From: an uncultured Clostridium sp.
Lineage (GTDB): Bacteria; Bacillota; Clostridia; TANB77; CAG-508
Direction of reading: 5' to 3'
NCBI GenBank assembly: GCA_948473335.1
Contig: CAOKXF010000004.1
Location: 70,530-134,529, forward strand
DNA: 64,000 nt
The notes under the pieces were generated by a model. That model saw only the letters and a list, made by a program, of their open reading frames with translations. It ran no database searches and was not told the DNA's origin. How positions within the stretch are numbered: the stretch's first letter is position 1; each line of letters begins with the position of its first letter. Below are positions 1 to 9,890 of the stretch, in pieces. The position numbers and the translations under genes were made by a program.

Positions 1-2256
1 ACTCCAGTAACGAATCCTACATCAACAACAATGTTTAAATCAATAATATCTGCAAAAACAAGAAATGTAATAATATTTGGTTTTCACCCATCAGCACAAA
101 ATAGTTCAAAAAGAGCAGCAGAAATAATGAGAGAAGCAGCAGTAAAAGCTGGAGCACCAGAAAATTGCATATTATGGATAGAAGAACCATCAATAACAGC
201 GACAAGACTATTAATGAACCATCCAGAAGTAAATTTGATATTAGCAACTGGAGGAACAGGAATGGTAAAAGCAGCATATTCATGTGGAAAACCAGCATTA
301 GGAGTAGGACCAGGAAATGTTCCTTGTTATATAGATAAAACAGCTAAATTGGAGACATCTGTAAATGATTTAGTATTATCAAAAGCATTTGATAATGGTA
401 TGATATGTGCATCAGAACAAGCAGTATTAGTAGATAGAGAGATACATGAAGAATTTGAAAAACTAATGAAAAAAGCAGGAGCATATTTTGTAAGTGAAGA
501 AGAAAAAGAAAAACTAAAATATGGTATGTTTGAACAAGAAGGAAATAAATTAAAATCACATGTACCAGGACAAAGTGCATTTAAAATTGCAAAAGATTCA
601 GGATTTGATGTACCAGAAGATACAAAAATATTGGTAGTTCCAGAAGAAGGAATAGGGGAAGAATATCCATTCTCAAAGGAAAAGTTAAGTCCAGTATTAA
701 CATATTACGTTGTAGAAAATAAAGAAGAAGGAATAGATAAAGCAGAAAGATTACTTGAATTTGGTGGATTAGGACATTCTGCAGTAATACATTCAGAGAA
801 TCAAGAGACAACACTTGAATTTTCAGAAACAATGAAGGCAGGAAGAATAATTGTAAATTCACCATCAACACATGGAGCAATTGGAGATATATATAATACA
901 AATATGCCATCATTAACACTAGGATGTGGATCATTTGGTGGAAATTCAACAACAGCAAACGTATCAAGTGTAAATTTATTAAATGTAAAAAGAGTAGCAA
1001 AAAGGAGAGTAAATATGCAATGGTTTAAAGTACCAGAAAAAATATATTTTGAAGCAGGTTCAATAGCTTATTTAGAAAAGATGCCAGAAATACAAAAAGC
1101 ATTTATAGTAACAGATGAATCAATGGTAAAATTAGGATATATAGATAAAGTATTATATCATTTAAGGAATAGACAACAATATGTACATTCAGAAATATTT
1201 TCAGGGGTAGAACCAGACCCATCATTTGATACAATTAAAAGAGGAGTTGCTGCAATGGAAAGTTTCCAACCAGATGTAATAATAGCAGTAGGTGGAGGAA
1301 GTGCAATAGATGCAGCAAAAGGAATGTGGTTATTTTATGAACATCCAGATGCAGATGTAGAAGGATTAAAATTAAAATTTATGGATATTCGTAAACGTAC
1401 TTACAAATTTCCAAAACTAGGGCAAAAGGCAAAAATGGTAGCAATACCAACAACATCAGGTACAGGTTCTGAAGTAACATCATTTGCAGTAATAACAGAT
1501 AAAGAGAAGAATAAGAAATATCCATTAGCAGATTATGAATTAACACCAGATGTAGCAATCGTAGATCCAGATTTAGTAATGACATTGCCAAAAAGCATAA
1601 CAGCAGACACAGGGATGGATGTATTGACACATGCGTTAGAAGCATATGTATCAGTAATGGCATCAGACTATACAGATGGATTAGCAGAAAAAGCAGTAGA
1701 GTTAGTATTAAAATATTTAAAAGAAGCATATGAACATGGAGATAATAAATTAGCAAGAGAGAAAATGCACAATGCAAGTACAATTGCAGGAATGGCATTT
1801 ACAAATGCATTTTTAGGACTGAACCATTCTATTGCTCACAAGATAGGAGCAGAATTCCATGTACCTCATGGTAGAGCAAATGCAATAATATTACCATATG
1901 TTATAAGATATAATGCAAGTAAACCAACAAAGTTTGTATCATGGCCAAAATACGAACATTTTATAGCAGACCAAAAATATGCTGAAATTGCTAAACAGTC
2001 AGGACTAAAGGCAGACACAGTGGAAGAAGGAGTAAGTTCATTAATACAAGCAATAAAGGATTTACGAGATAGCATAAATATACCAAAAAGTTTACAAGAA
2101 GCAGGATTAGATGAAAAAGAGTTTTTAGCAAAAGTAGATTTGATAGCTGATAGAGCATTTGAAGATCAATGTACAACTGCTAATCCTAGAGTTCCATTAG
2201 TAGAAGAGATAAAGCAAATTTTAATAGATAGTTATTATGGAAATGAAATAAATTAA
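1..2256 (+). CDS. adhE: Bifunctional aldehyde/alcohol dehydrogenase AdhE, C-terminal ~750 aa. The 5' end lies outside the window.
   Basis: The frame is open from nt 1 (TPVTNPTSTT precedes the first ATG at 31). The translation carries the ALDH-domain catalytic Cys region (GMICASEQ), the Fe-ADH motif GGGSAIDAAK and the typical AdhE C-terminus ANPRVPLVEEIKQIL. Confidence 0.9.
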   Translation, partial: TPVTNPTSTTMFKSIISAKTRNVIIFGFHPSAQNSSKRAAEIMREAAVKAGAPENCILWIEEPSITATRLLMNHPEVNLILATGGTGMVKAAYSCGKPALGVGPGNVPCYIDKTAKLETSVNDLVLSKAFDNGMICASEQAVLVDREIHEEFEKLMKKAGAYFVSEEEKEKLKYGMFEQEGNKLKSHVPGQSAFKIAKDSGFDVPEDTKILVVPEEGIGEEYPFSKEKLSPVLTYYVVENKEEGIDKAERLLEFGGLGHSAVIHSENQETTLEFSETMKAGRIIVNSPSTHGAIGDIYNTNMPSLTLGCGSFGGNSTTANVSSVNLLNVKRVAKRRVNMQWFKVPEKIYFEAGSIAYLEKMPEIQKAFIVTDESMVKLGYIDKVLYHLRNRQQYVHSEIFSGVEPDPSFDTIKRGVAAMESFQPDVIIAVGGGSAIDAAKGMWLFYEHPDADVEGLKLKFMDIRKRTYKFPKLGQKAKMVAIPTTSGTGSEVTSFAVITDKEKNKKYPLADYELTPDVAIVDPDLVMTLPKSITADTGMDVLTHALEAYVSVMASDYTDGLAEKAVELVLKYLKEAYEHGDNKLAREKMHNASTIAGMAFTNAFLGLNHSIAHKIGAEFHVPHGRANAIILPYVIRYNASKPTKFVSWPKYEHFIADQKYAEIAKQSGLKADTVEEGVSSLIQAIKDLRDSINIPKSLQEAGLDEKEFLAKVDLIADRAFEDQCTTANPRVPLVEEIKQILIDSYYGNEIN

Positions 2257-2291
2257 CATAGTAGTTGTATACAAAAAGTACTAGTTTAATA

Positions 2292-2313
2292 ATAGGCACA
2301 GAAATGTGCCTAT
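2292..2313 (+). terminator. Hairpin ATAGGCACA-gaaa-TGTGCCTAT after adhE. Degenerate member of the GC-rich palindrome family.
   Basis: 9-bp perfect stem, 14 nt after the adhE stop. Same core as the copies at 18343, 21933 and 53007, with a compensatory A/T for G/C change in the stem. Confidence 0.5.
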
Positions 2314-2422
2314 TACTAATGAATGATTAAGAGAATATATAATAGTTGCATACAAAAAATATTAATTATAAGTAAAAATGAACTTCTATAATCTATAATA
2401 CATATATAAATTTACATAGAAT

Positions 2423-2451
2423 TGACTTTGAAGAAAAATTATGGTACAATT
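2423..2451 (+). promoter_or_regulatory. SigmaA-type promoter TTGACT-17-TACAAT with TGn extended -10, upstream of the Spo0A_C-only gene.
   Basis: Read directly: ttgactttgaagaaaaattatggtacaat. Confidence 0.45.
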
Positions 2452-2500
2452 TACTTAATGTACATAAATTGTACAAATACACAAAGAAGAGGAGAGAAGA

Positions 2501-2860
2501 ATGAAGTACGAATTTACAGCAAAAGAGGAATCAATGGTGAGGGATGCCATATTGGAGGTAGGAGTACCTGGACATCTAAAGGGGTACTTATATCTGCGGT
2601 CAGCGATTTTGATTGCAATGCATAATGCGGAGGCAGTTACCAGCGTTACAAAATGCATATATCCTGATGTTGCTAAAATCTACAGGACAACAGACGCTAA
2701 GGTAGAACGGGCCATCAGAAATGCCATAGAAATCGCGTGGGATAGGAACTCCGAGGGCATCAAGAAGCTGTATGGCGAAGGAGATATGAAAAGAAGACCC
2801 ACAAACAGCAACTTCATAGCTGAGCTGGCAGAAGCAGTAAAAAAGGTAGCTAAAGCCTAA
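2501..2860 (+). CDS. Spo0A C-terminal (DNA-binding effector) domain-only protein. No receiver domain.
   Basis: 119 aa aligning to the Spo0A C-terminal domain: GVPGHLKGYLYLRSAILIAMH..., VERAIRNAIEIAWDR and KRRPTNSNFIAELAEAV (Spo0A has PTNSEFIAMVAD). RBS GAGGAGAGAAGAatg. GC content is clearly above neighbouring genes. Confidence 0.75.
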   Translation: MKYEFTAKEESMVRDAILEVGVPGHLKGYLYLRSAILIAMHNAEAVTSVTKCIYPDVAKIYRTTDAKVERAIRNAIEIAWDRNSEGIKKLYGEGDMKRRPTNSNFIAELAEAVKKVAKA

Positions 2861-2908
2861 AACCGTATTTCTAAAATGTAGTAACGAATTAATGTAAGTA
2901 ACGAAAAG

Positions 2909-2940
2909 AAAATCTCCTACTCCCTTAGCAAGATATATTG
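2909..2940 (+). terminator. 12-bp perfect hairpin ACTCCCTTAGCA-agatatat-TGCTAAGGGAGT downstream of the Spo0A_C gene.
   Basis: Perfect inverted repeat. The U-tract is better on the minus strand than on the plus strand. Confidence 0.4.
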
Positions 2941-3052
2941 CTAAGGGAGTAAAACTTTATATTGAATAAATCAAATTTAAAAAATAGGGGGGAATTATGT
3001 AAAATCCGTCGAATAATATAGTTATGTATATTAAAAAGAAAGGAAGGCGAAA

Positions 3053-4846
3053 ATGATACGATATAGTGATGAAATAATAGAAAACATAAGACAAAGTAGC
3101 GACATAGTAAATATTATATCACAATATGTAGCGTTAAAAAGAAAAGGCAGAAATTACTTTGGAATATGCCCATTTCATAACGAGAAATCGCCATCATTTT
3201 CAGTATCACCAGATAGACAAATATTTCATTGTTTTGGATGCAATGCAGGAGGAAATGTATATTCATTTTTAATGAAAATTGAAGGAATAGGATTTAAAGA
3301 AGCAATAGAACAATTAGCAGAAAGAGCAAATATACAATTACCTAAATTAGAAAATTCGATAGACAATGAAAAAGAAGAACTAAAAGAAAAAGTATTAAAA
3401 ATAAATGAATATGCAGCAGAATATTACCATCAGAATTTATATAGACCACAATCAAAAATAGCACAAGACTATATAAGACAAAGAAAATTAAATAATGATG
3501 CATTAAAAAATTATAGATTAGGATATTCAGGAAAATTTGATGAATTATATCAAGAATTGAAAAAACAAAATTTCAAAGAAAGAGAAATACTTGAATCAGG
3601 ATTAGTAAGAAAAAATGAAAAAGGAACATATTATGATTTTTATAGAGAAAGACTAATAATACCAATATGTGATGTAAGAGGAAGAGTAATAGCATTTGGA
3701 GGAAGAATATTAATAAAAGACGATAAACAACCCAAATATATAAACTCACCAGAAAATATTGTATATAGCAAAGGAAGACATTTATTTGGACTAAATGTAG
3801 CAAAAAAAGGAGATATAAAAAAACTATTAATAGTAGAAGGATATATGGATGTAATATCATTACATCAAAGAGGAGTAACAAATGTAGTAGGAGCATTAGG
3901 AACGGCATTAACAGAACAACAAGGATGGTTATTAAGGAGAAGTTCAGAACAGATAATATTAGGATTTGACTCAGATTCAGCAGGACAAAATGCAATAGAA
4001 AGGTCAATAGGAATATTACAAAACATGGGATGCGATATGAGAATATTACAAATGGATGGAGCAAAAGATCCAGATGAATATATATTAAAATATGGAACAG
4101 CAAAATTTCAAAAATTAATAGATGAAGCAATATCATTGGTAGAATATAAGGTAAAAATATTAAAAAAGGACATAGATTTAGAAAATACAGTAGATAGAAT
4201 AAAATTTTTAAATGAAATAGCGAAAATATTGGCAAAAGTGGACAATAGTATTGAAAGAGAAGTATATATAGCAAAAATATCAAAAGAATATAAAATAACT
4301 CAAGAAGCTATATATGCAGAAATAAATAAAATAATGTACGCAAATACCAAAGTAGAAAAAAATTTAAACAAACCAAAACCAACGATAAAGAAAATAGAAA
4401 ATCAAATAGAACAAGAAGCAGATGTAACAGAAGAAATAAAGAAAAGAGAAAATACAATAATATCATTGTTATTAGAAAATGAAAATAGCATGTATGAAAC
4501 AATAAAAGAAAATATAAAAGTAGAGGATTTTAAATATCCATTAAACAAAGAAATAGTACAAAAAGTTTATACAGAATATGAGAAAGGTAATTTTAATATA
4601 AACAGCATAATAGATTCATTAGACGAAGAATTACAAAATCAAATAACAGCAATAATGGCATATGATTTTGGAATAGAAGACAAAACAAAAGGAATAAAAG
4701 ATATCATAAAAACATATAAAACGGAAAGACTAGAATTAAGAAAATTAGAAATACTAAATTTATTAAGTCAAGAATTAGAAGAAGAAGAAGAAAAAAAACT
4801 AGAAAAAGAGCTAAACAATGTTGTAATAGAAATGAAAAAACCATAA
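3053..4846 (+). CDS. dnaG: DNA primase
   Basis: CHC2 zinc-finger region (CPFHNEKSPSFSVSPDRQIFHCFGC), a TOPRIM region (EGYMDVISL) and dnaG-rpoD operon synteny. Confidence 0.9.
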   Translation: MIRYSDEIIENIRQSSDIVNIISQYVALKRKGRNYFGICPFHNEKSPSFSVSPDRQIFHCFGCNAGGNVYSFLMKIEGIGFKEAIEQLAERANIQLPKLENSIDNEKEELKEKVLKINEYAAEYYHQNLYRPQSKIAQDYIRQRKLNNDALKNYRLGYSGKFDELYQELKKQNFKEREILESGLVRKNEKGTYYDFYRERLIIPICDVRGRVIAFGGRILIKDDKQPKYINSPENIVYSKGRHLFGLNVAKKGDIKKLLIVEGYMDVISLHQRGVTNVVGALGTALTEQQGWLLRRSSEQIILGFDSDSAGQNAIERSIGILQNMGCDMRILQMDGAKDPDEYILKYGTAKFQKLIDEAISLVEYKVKILKKDIDLENTVDRIKFLNEIAKILAKVDNSIEREVYIAKISKEYKITQEAIYAEINKIMYANTKVEKNLNKPKPTIKKIENQIEQEADVTEEIKKRENTIISLLLENENSMYETIKENIKVEDFKYPLNKEIVQKVYTEYEKGNFNINSIIDSLDEELQNQITAIMAYDFGIEDKTKGIKDIIKTYKTERLELRKLEILNLLSQELEEEEEKKLEKELNNVVIEMKKP

Positions 4847-4903
4847 TGATAAAAATACATTAAAGTTATAATAAAAAAATTTAACTTTAGAAAGGAAAAT
4901 AAT

Positions 4904-6241
4904 ATGGCAAGAAAAAAAGAAGAAAAAGAGATTAAAAATATAGAAGACATTCAAGAAGAAAAAGTAAAGACTATTAAAAGAAAAACAAAAATAGAAGAAG
5001 TTAGTGAAGAAATAATAAAAGAAGAAAAGGAAATAAAAAGTAAAAAATGTGCTAACAAAAAAGAAAACATAGAAGAAGAAACAATAAAAAATAATGATGA
5101 GAATCAAGATAAAAATGAGGATTCAATTAAAGATAATAATGAGGAACAAAATAACGGAGAAGAAACAAATATAAAAGTAAACAAAATAATAGAAAAAGCA
5201 AAAGGAAAAGGAAAGATAACATACGAAGAATTAGCAAAAGAATTAGAAAATACAGACCCTGAGCAAATAGAAGATGTATTTGATGCGTTTGAAAAAATGG
5301 GAATGACAGACTTAATAAAAGAAGACTTTGACGAAGAGCCAGATATAGAAGACCTACAAGAAGTAGAAGATTTAAAATTAGATGAAATAACAGATACAAA
5401 CTTTGAAGGAGTAAGTATAGATGACCCAGTAAGAATGTATCTAAGAGAAATAGGAAAAATACCATTATTATCTTATGAAGAAGAATTAGAACTAGCAAAA
5501 AGAATATTAGAAGATGATGAAGAGGCAAGACAAAAACTATCAGAATCAAATTTAAGATTAGTAGTAAGTATAGCAAAAAAATATATAGGAAGAGGCATGT
5601 TATTCTTAGACTTAATACAAGAAGGAAACATGGGATTAATAAAAGCAGTAGAAAAGTTCGATTATACAAAAGGATTCAAATTTAGTACGTACGCAACTTG
5701 GTGGATAAGACAAGCAATAACAAGAGCAATAGCAGATCAAGCAAGAACAATAAGAATACCAGTTCATATGGTAGAAACAATAAATAAACTAATCAGAACA
5801 TCAAGACATCTATTACAACAATTAGGAAGAGAGCCAACTCAAGAAGAAATAGCAAAAGAGATGGAGATACCAATAGAAAGAGTAGCAGAAATACAAAAAA
5901 TAGCACAAGACCCAGTATCATTAGAAACACCAATAGGAGAAGAAGAAGATAGTCATTTAGGAGATTTCATACAAGATGACGATTCACCAGCACCACATGA
6001 TGCAGCTTCATTTACACTATTAAGAGAACAATTAGAGGAAATAATGCAAACTTTAACTCCAAGAGAGGCAAAAGTATTGAAATTAAGATTCGGATTAGAA
6101 GATGGAAAAGCAAGGACATTAGAAGAAGTAGGAAGAGAATTTGACGTAACAAGAGAAAGAATTCGTCAAATAGAAGCAAAAGCACTAAGAAAGTTAAGAC
6201 ATCCAAGTAGAAGCAGAAAGTTAAGAGACTATATGGGATAG
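4904..6241 (+). CDS. rpoD: RNA polymerase primary sigma factor (sigma-70/SigA) with an acidic/lysine-rich N-terminal extension.
   Basis: Region 2 ([54 protein letters not shown]) and region 4.2 ([29 protein letters not shown]). Confidence 0.92.
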   Translation: MARKKEEKEIKNIEDIQEEKVKTIKRKTKIEEVSEEIIKEEKEIKSKKCANKKENIEEETIKNNDENQDKNEDSIKDNNEEQNNGEETNIKVNKIIEKAKGKGKITYEELAKELENTDPEQIEDVFDAFEKMGMTDLIKEDFDEEPDIEDLQEVEDLKLDEITDTNFEGVSIDDPVRMYLREIGKIPLLSYEEELELAKRILEDDEEARQKLSESNLRLVVSIAKKYIGRGMLFLDLIQEGNMGLIKAVEKFDYTKGFKFSTYATWWIRQAITRAIADQARTIRIPVHMVETINKLIRTSRHLLQQLGREPTQEEIAKEMEIPIERVAEIQKIAQDPVSLETPIGEEEDSHLGDFIQDDDSPAPHDAASFTLLREQLEEIMQTLTPREAKVLKLRFGLEDGKARTLEEVGREFDVTRERIRQIEAKALRKLRHPSRSRKLRDYMG

Positions 6242-6267
6242 GAGCAAAATAAATATATATACTAAAG

Positions 6268-6291
6268 AGAGCAAATATATTGCTCTTTTTC
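6268..6291 (+). terminator. rpoD intrinsic terminator
   Basis: AGAGCAA-atata-TTGCTCT followed by TTTTT. Confidence 0.5.
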
Positions 6292-6319
6292 TTAAAAAGT
6301 AAAAGAAAAGGAAAAAATA

Positions 6320-7381
6320 ATGGAAGAAATAATTAACAAAATAATAAGCAATAAATTATTAGTTTTAGGAACTGCAATAATAATAGTAATAATATTTAGA
6401 ATTTTAGCATCAATAATAGCATATATAATAATCAAGATGTTTAATTTAAAAAAGAAGATAGATATAAGAAAAAATCCATATTATAGACCATTAAAAACAT
6501 TTATAATAGTATTAGGAATATATTTGGCAATATTATTTGTAAAAGAACCATTACAGATAAATGAAAAAGCAATGAATATTATCACAAAAATATTTAAAAT
6601 AACAATAATAGTATTAATATCAAAAGGATTAATAAATGGTTTATCATCTCCAAATAGTTTCATAATCAAGTGGCAAAAAAAGATGACGCAAGATGGAATA
6701 AATACTACAACTAGTATAGTAATATTGAAAATTTTAAAGATATTAGTGTATATAGGTGCAACAGTAATAATAATACAAGAAATGAACTATGATTTAAGTG
6801 GATTAATAACAGGATTAGGATTAAGTGGAGTAATATTAACATTAGCGGCACAAGATACTGCTAAAAATTTATTTGGGGGAATAGTTATATTTTTAGACAA
6901 GCCATTTAAAGTAGGAGATTATATAAAATTACCAGAATATGATGGTACAGTAGAAGATATAACATTTAGAAGCACAAAAGTGCGAACAGTTGAGAACACA
7001 GTTTTACATATACCAAATTCAGAAATATCAAGTGCAATAATAACAAATTGTAGCGAAATGCAAAAAAGAAGATATAAAACAGATTTAATAATTGAATTAG
7101 GAACACCATTAATGCAAATACAAAAAGTTATACAAGATATAGAAGACATGTTAAGTGTACATGAAAAAGTTATATCTGATTCAATAAATGTAAAATTTCA
7201 AAACATTACAGACAATGGAACAGAAATAATTGTAATAGCGTATTTAGATATAGTAGATTATATGAAATTTTTAGAAAAACAACAAGAATTAAATTTTAGT
7301 ATAATGCAAATATTAGAAGATAATGGTGTAGAATTAGCTTATAATACACAAACAATACATATTAAAAATAACAATAATTAA
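6320..7381 (+). CDS. Small-conductance mechanosensitive channel, MscS family.
   Basis: N-terminal TM helices, then the MscS core LAAQDTAKNLFGGIVIFLDKPFKVGDYIKL...GTVEDITFRSTKVRTVENTVLHIPNSEI. Confidence 0.8.
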   Translation: MEEIINKIISNKLLVLGTAIIIVIIFRILASIIAYIIIKMFNLKKKIDIRKNPYYRPLKTFIIVLGIYLAILFVKEPLQINEKAMNIITKIFKITIIVLISKGLINGLSSPNSFIIKWQKKMTQDGINTTTSIVILKILKILVYIGATVIIIQEMNYDLSGLITGLGLSGVILTLAAQDTAKNLFGGIVIFLDKPFKVGDYIKLPEYDGTVEDITFRSTKVRTVENTVLHIPNSEISSAIITNCSEMQKRRYKTDLIIELGTPLMQIQKVIQDIEDMLSVHEKVISDSINVKFQNITDNGTEIIVIAYLDIVDYMKFLEKQQELNFSIMQILEDNGVELAYNTQTIHIKNNNN

Positions 7382-7536
7382 TAAATAAATAAAATAATTA
7401 AATATAATAATTTACGCAAAAAATAATTAATATTCACAAAACAGACATAAAAAAAATATAAAATATACATATTAAAAATATGGATTATAAACCAAACTTT
7501 TTAACTTATAAGTCTTAAAAAGAAAGAGGAGAAAAT

Positions 7537-8214
7537 ATGTTAGAAACAAGTATTTTAATAGTAGATGATGAAACAAGAATGAGAAAACTAATTAAAGATT
7601 TTTTAGTACAAAAAGGACACAATATTTTAGAAGCAGAAGATGGAGAAAAAGCAATAGAAATATTTGAAGACAACAAAAATAAAATAAATTTAATATTATT
7701 AGATGTAATGATGCCTAAATTAGATGGATGGTCTGTATTAAGAAAAATAAGACAGGTATCTAGTATACCTGTAATAATGCTCACAGCAAGAGGAGAAGAA
7801 CAAGATGAGTTATTTGGATTTGAACTTGGTGTAGATGAATATATAACAAAGCCATTCAGTCCTAAAATACTTGTAGCAAGGGTAGAAGCAATATTAAAAA
7901 GAGCATATGGGGAATCTAATGAATTAAAGGACTATGGTGGAATCGTATTAGATGAACAAGGAAGAACGGTAAAAGTAGATGGAAAAGACACAGAATTAAG
8001 TCTAAGAGAATTTGAATTATTAAAATATTTGCTAGATAATGAAAATATAGCACTTTCAAGAGATAAGATTTTGAACAATGTATGGAATTATGATTATTAT
8101 GGAGATTCTAGAACAATTGACAGTCATATAAAAAAGATAAGGCATAAACTAGGAAAGAAAGGTAAATATATTCAAACTATGAGAGGCGTTGGATATAAAT
8201 TTGAAATAAAATAA
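7537..8214 (+). CDS. OmpR-family response regulator: receiver domain plus winged-helix domain.
   Basis: ILIVDDE...LDVMMPKLDG receiver motifs. C-terminal trans_reg_C (LSLREFELLKYLLDNENIALSRDKILNNVW...RTIDSHIKKIR). Confidence 0.85.
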   Translation: MLETSILIVDDETRMRKLIKDFLVQKGHNILEAEDGEKAIEIFEDNKNKINLILLDVMMPKLDGWSVLRKIRQVSSIPVIMLTARGEEQDELFGFELGVDEYITKPFSPKILVARVEAILKRAYGESNELKDYGGIVLDEQGRTVKVDGKDTELSLREFELLKYLLDNENIALSRDKILNNVWNYDYYGDSRTIDSHIKKIRHKLGKKGKYIQTMRGVGYKFEIK

Positions 8215-8215
8215 G

Positions 8216-9712
8216 ATGGAGAAATTAAAGGAAAAACTAAATTCAATACGAATAAGATTATTTTTATCATTATGCGTAGTGGTAATTATAATAATTACGT
8301 TTCTAATTATAGTAAATAATTTTATATTAGAAACATTTTATTTATATAGTAAATCAAATACTTTGAAACTTGTATATGATAAAATTAATATATATTTTGA
8401 TGATGATGAGTGTAGTATAGAAGAATTTAAAGGAGAATTAGAAAAGATTTCAATAAATAATAATTTTGAAATTTTAATAAAAACAGGAGATGGAATAACA
8501 ACTATATATAATACAAATAAAGATTATCTTGGTGTAATAAAAGACTTCAATAGACTGGTAGGAAAGGTTTCAGATAAAAATACAGTAATATTAGAAGAAA
8601 ATAATAATTTTGATATAAGAAGAGTTAAAGATACAGGAAATAATATAAATTATTTGATGTTATCAGGAACATTAAATAATGGATATATGTTATTTATAAG
8701 AATACCTATAACGTCAATACAAGAAAGTGTAAGAATATCTAATAAATTTTTATATTTAATTGCAGTATTTGTAATAATACTAGGAGGAGTTGTAGTATCA
8801 TATGTATCAAGAAAATTTACAAAACCAATACTAGAATTAAACAATATAGCAAAAAAGATGTCAAATTTGGACTTTAGTCAAAAATATCAGAGCACAAATG
8901 ATGAAAATGAGATAGATACTTTAGGCCAAAGTATAAATATACTATCACAAAAACTTGAGACAACAATTAAGCAATTGAGAGCAACAAACAGAGAATTAGA
9001 AAAAGATATTGAACAAAAATCTAAATTAAATGAAATGAAAAATAGTTTTATTTCAGACGTGTCACATGAATTAAAAACTCCTATAGCACTTGTTCAAGGA
9101 TACAGTGAAGGACTTTTAGAAAATGTAAATACAGATGAAGAAAGCAGAAGATTTTATGCAGAAGTAATCTTAGATGAAGCGAATAAAATGGATAAACTTG
9201 TAAAACAATTATTAGAGTTAATGAAACTTGAATACGAGATGAGAGAGTTTGACAATAAAAATTTTGATATTATAGAATTAGAAAAAGAGATTGTAAGAAA
9301 ATCAAAAGTAATGTTAGAAGAAAAAAGTGTAGAAATTAAATTTGACAGTATAGAGCCAATAAATGTAGTAGCAGATGACTTTTATATTGATCAAGTAATT
9401 ACAAATTATATTACTAATGCTATTAAACATGTTGAAGAAGTAAATGGAGAAAAAATTATAGAAATTAAAAATGAGATTATATCAGATACAAATAAAGTCA
9501 GAGTAAGTGTATTTAATACAGGAAAAAATATTGATGAAGAGGATTTAGAAAAAATATGGAATAGATTTTATAAAGCTGATGAGTCACGAAATAGAAATGA
9601 TGGAGGAACAGGAATAGGATTATCACTTGTTAAAGCTATTATGAATAATTATGGTAATAATTTTGGAGTTATTAACAAAGAAAATGGAGTAGAGTTTTTC
9701 TTTGAAATATAA
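8216..9712 (+). CDS. Sensor histidine kinase, cognate to the upstream response regulator.
   Basis: Two TM segments, an H-box (SHELKTPIALVQGYSEGL) and ATPase N/G boxes (NAIKH...GGTGIGLSLVKAI). Start overlaps the RR stop. Confidence 0.85.
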   Translation: MEKLKEKLNSIRIRLFLSLCVVVIIIITFLIIVNNFILETFYLYSKSNTLKLVYDKINIYFDDDECSIEEFKGELEKISINNNFEILIKTGDGITTIYNTNKDYLGVIKDFNRLVGKVSDKNTVILEENNNFDIRRVKDTGNNINYLMLSGTLNNGYMLFIRIPITSIQESVRISNKFLYLIAVFVIILGGVVVSYVSRKFTKPILELNNIAKKMSNLDFSQKYQSTNDENEIDTLGQSINILSQKLETTIKQLRATNRELEKDIEQKSKLNEMKNSFISDVSHELKTPIALVQGYSEGLLENVNTDEESRRFYAEVILDEANKMDKLVKQLLELMKLEYEMREFDNKNFDIIELEKEIVRKSKVMLEEKSVEIKFDSIEPINVVADDFYIDQVITNYITNAIKHVEEVNGEKIIEIKNEIISDTNKVRVSVFNTGKNIDEEDLEKIWNRFYKADESRNRNDGGTGIGLSLVKAIMNNYGNNFGVINKENGVEFFFEI

Positions 9713-9745
9713 ATGTTATATTAATAAAATTTTTGAAAATTAAAA

Positions 9746-9796
9746 TTAACTAATTTATAAATGGTTAATAACTATTGACCATAATAAATTAGTTAA
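9746..9796 (+). promoter_or_regulatory. Nested inverted repeat between the two-component system and the glucan-synthase-like gene. Candidate operator.
   Basis: TTAACTAATTTAT-n25-ATAAATTAGTTAA, with an inner ATGGT-n12-ACCAT. Confidence 0.3.
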
Positions 9797-9890
9797 TTTA
9801 TTATATGTAAAAAGTAAGAATAAAATTTTATAGATGGTAACATTGAGACTTTCCTAAGAATATAAAAAACAAGAATAAAAATCCCAATAA

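Noticed and set aside
2422-2658. Two overlapping 67-aa ORFs around the Spo0A_C gene start.
   Set aside because: They overlap the promoter and 5' end of a well-supported gene, in other frames or on the other strand, with no independent support.
3573-4283. Long minus-strand ORFs rich in Leu/Phe/Ile that overlap dnaG, with many similar antisense ORFs across the window (e.g. 581..1000, 1379..1798, 10528..10968, 33413..34084, 37954..38763).
   Set aside because: They are low-complexity translations of the antisense of AT-rich coding sequence. Each overlaps a well-supported sense gene, and none has an RBS or domain signal.
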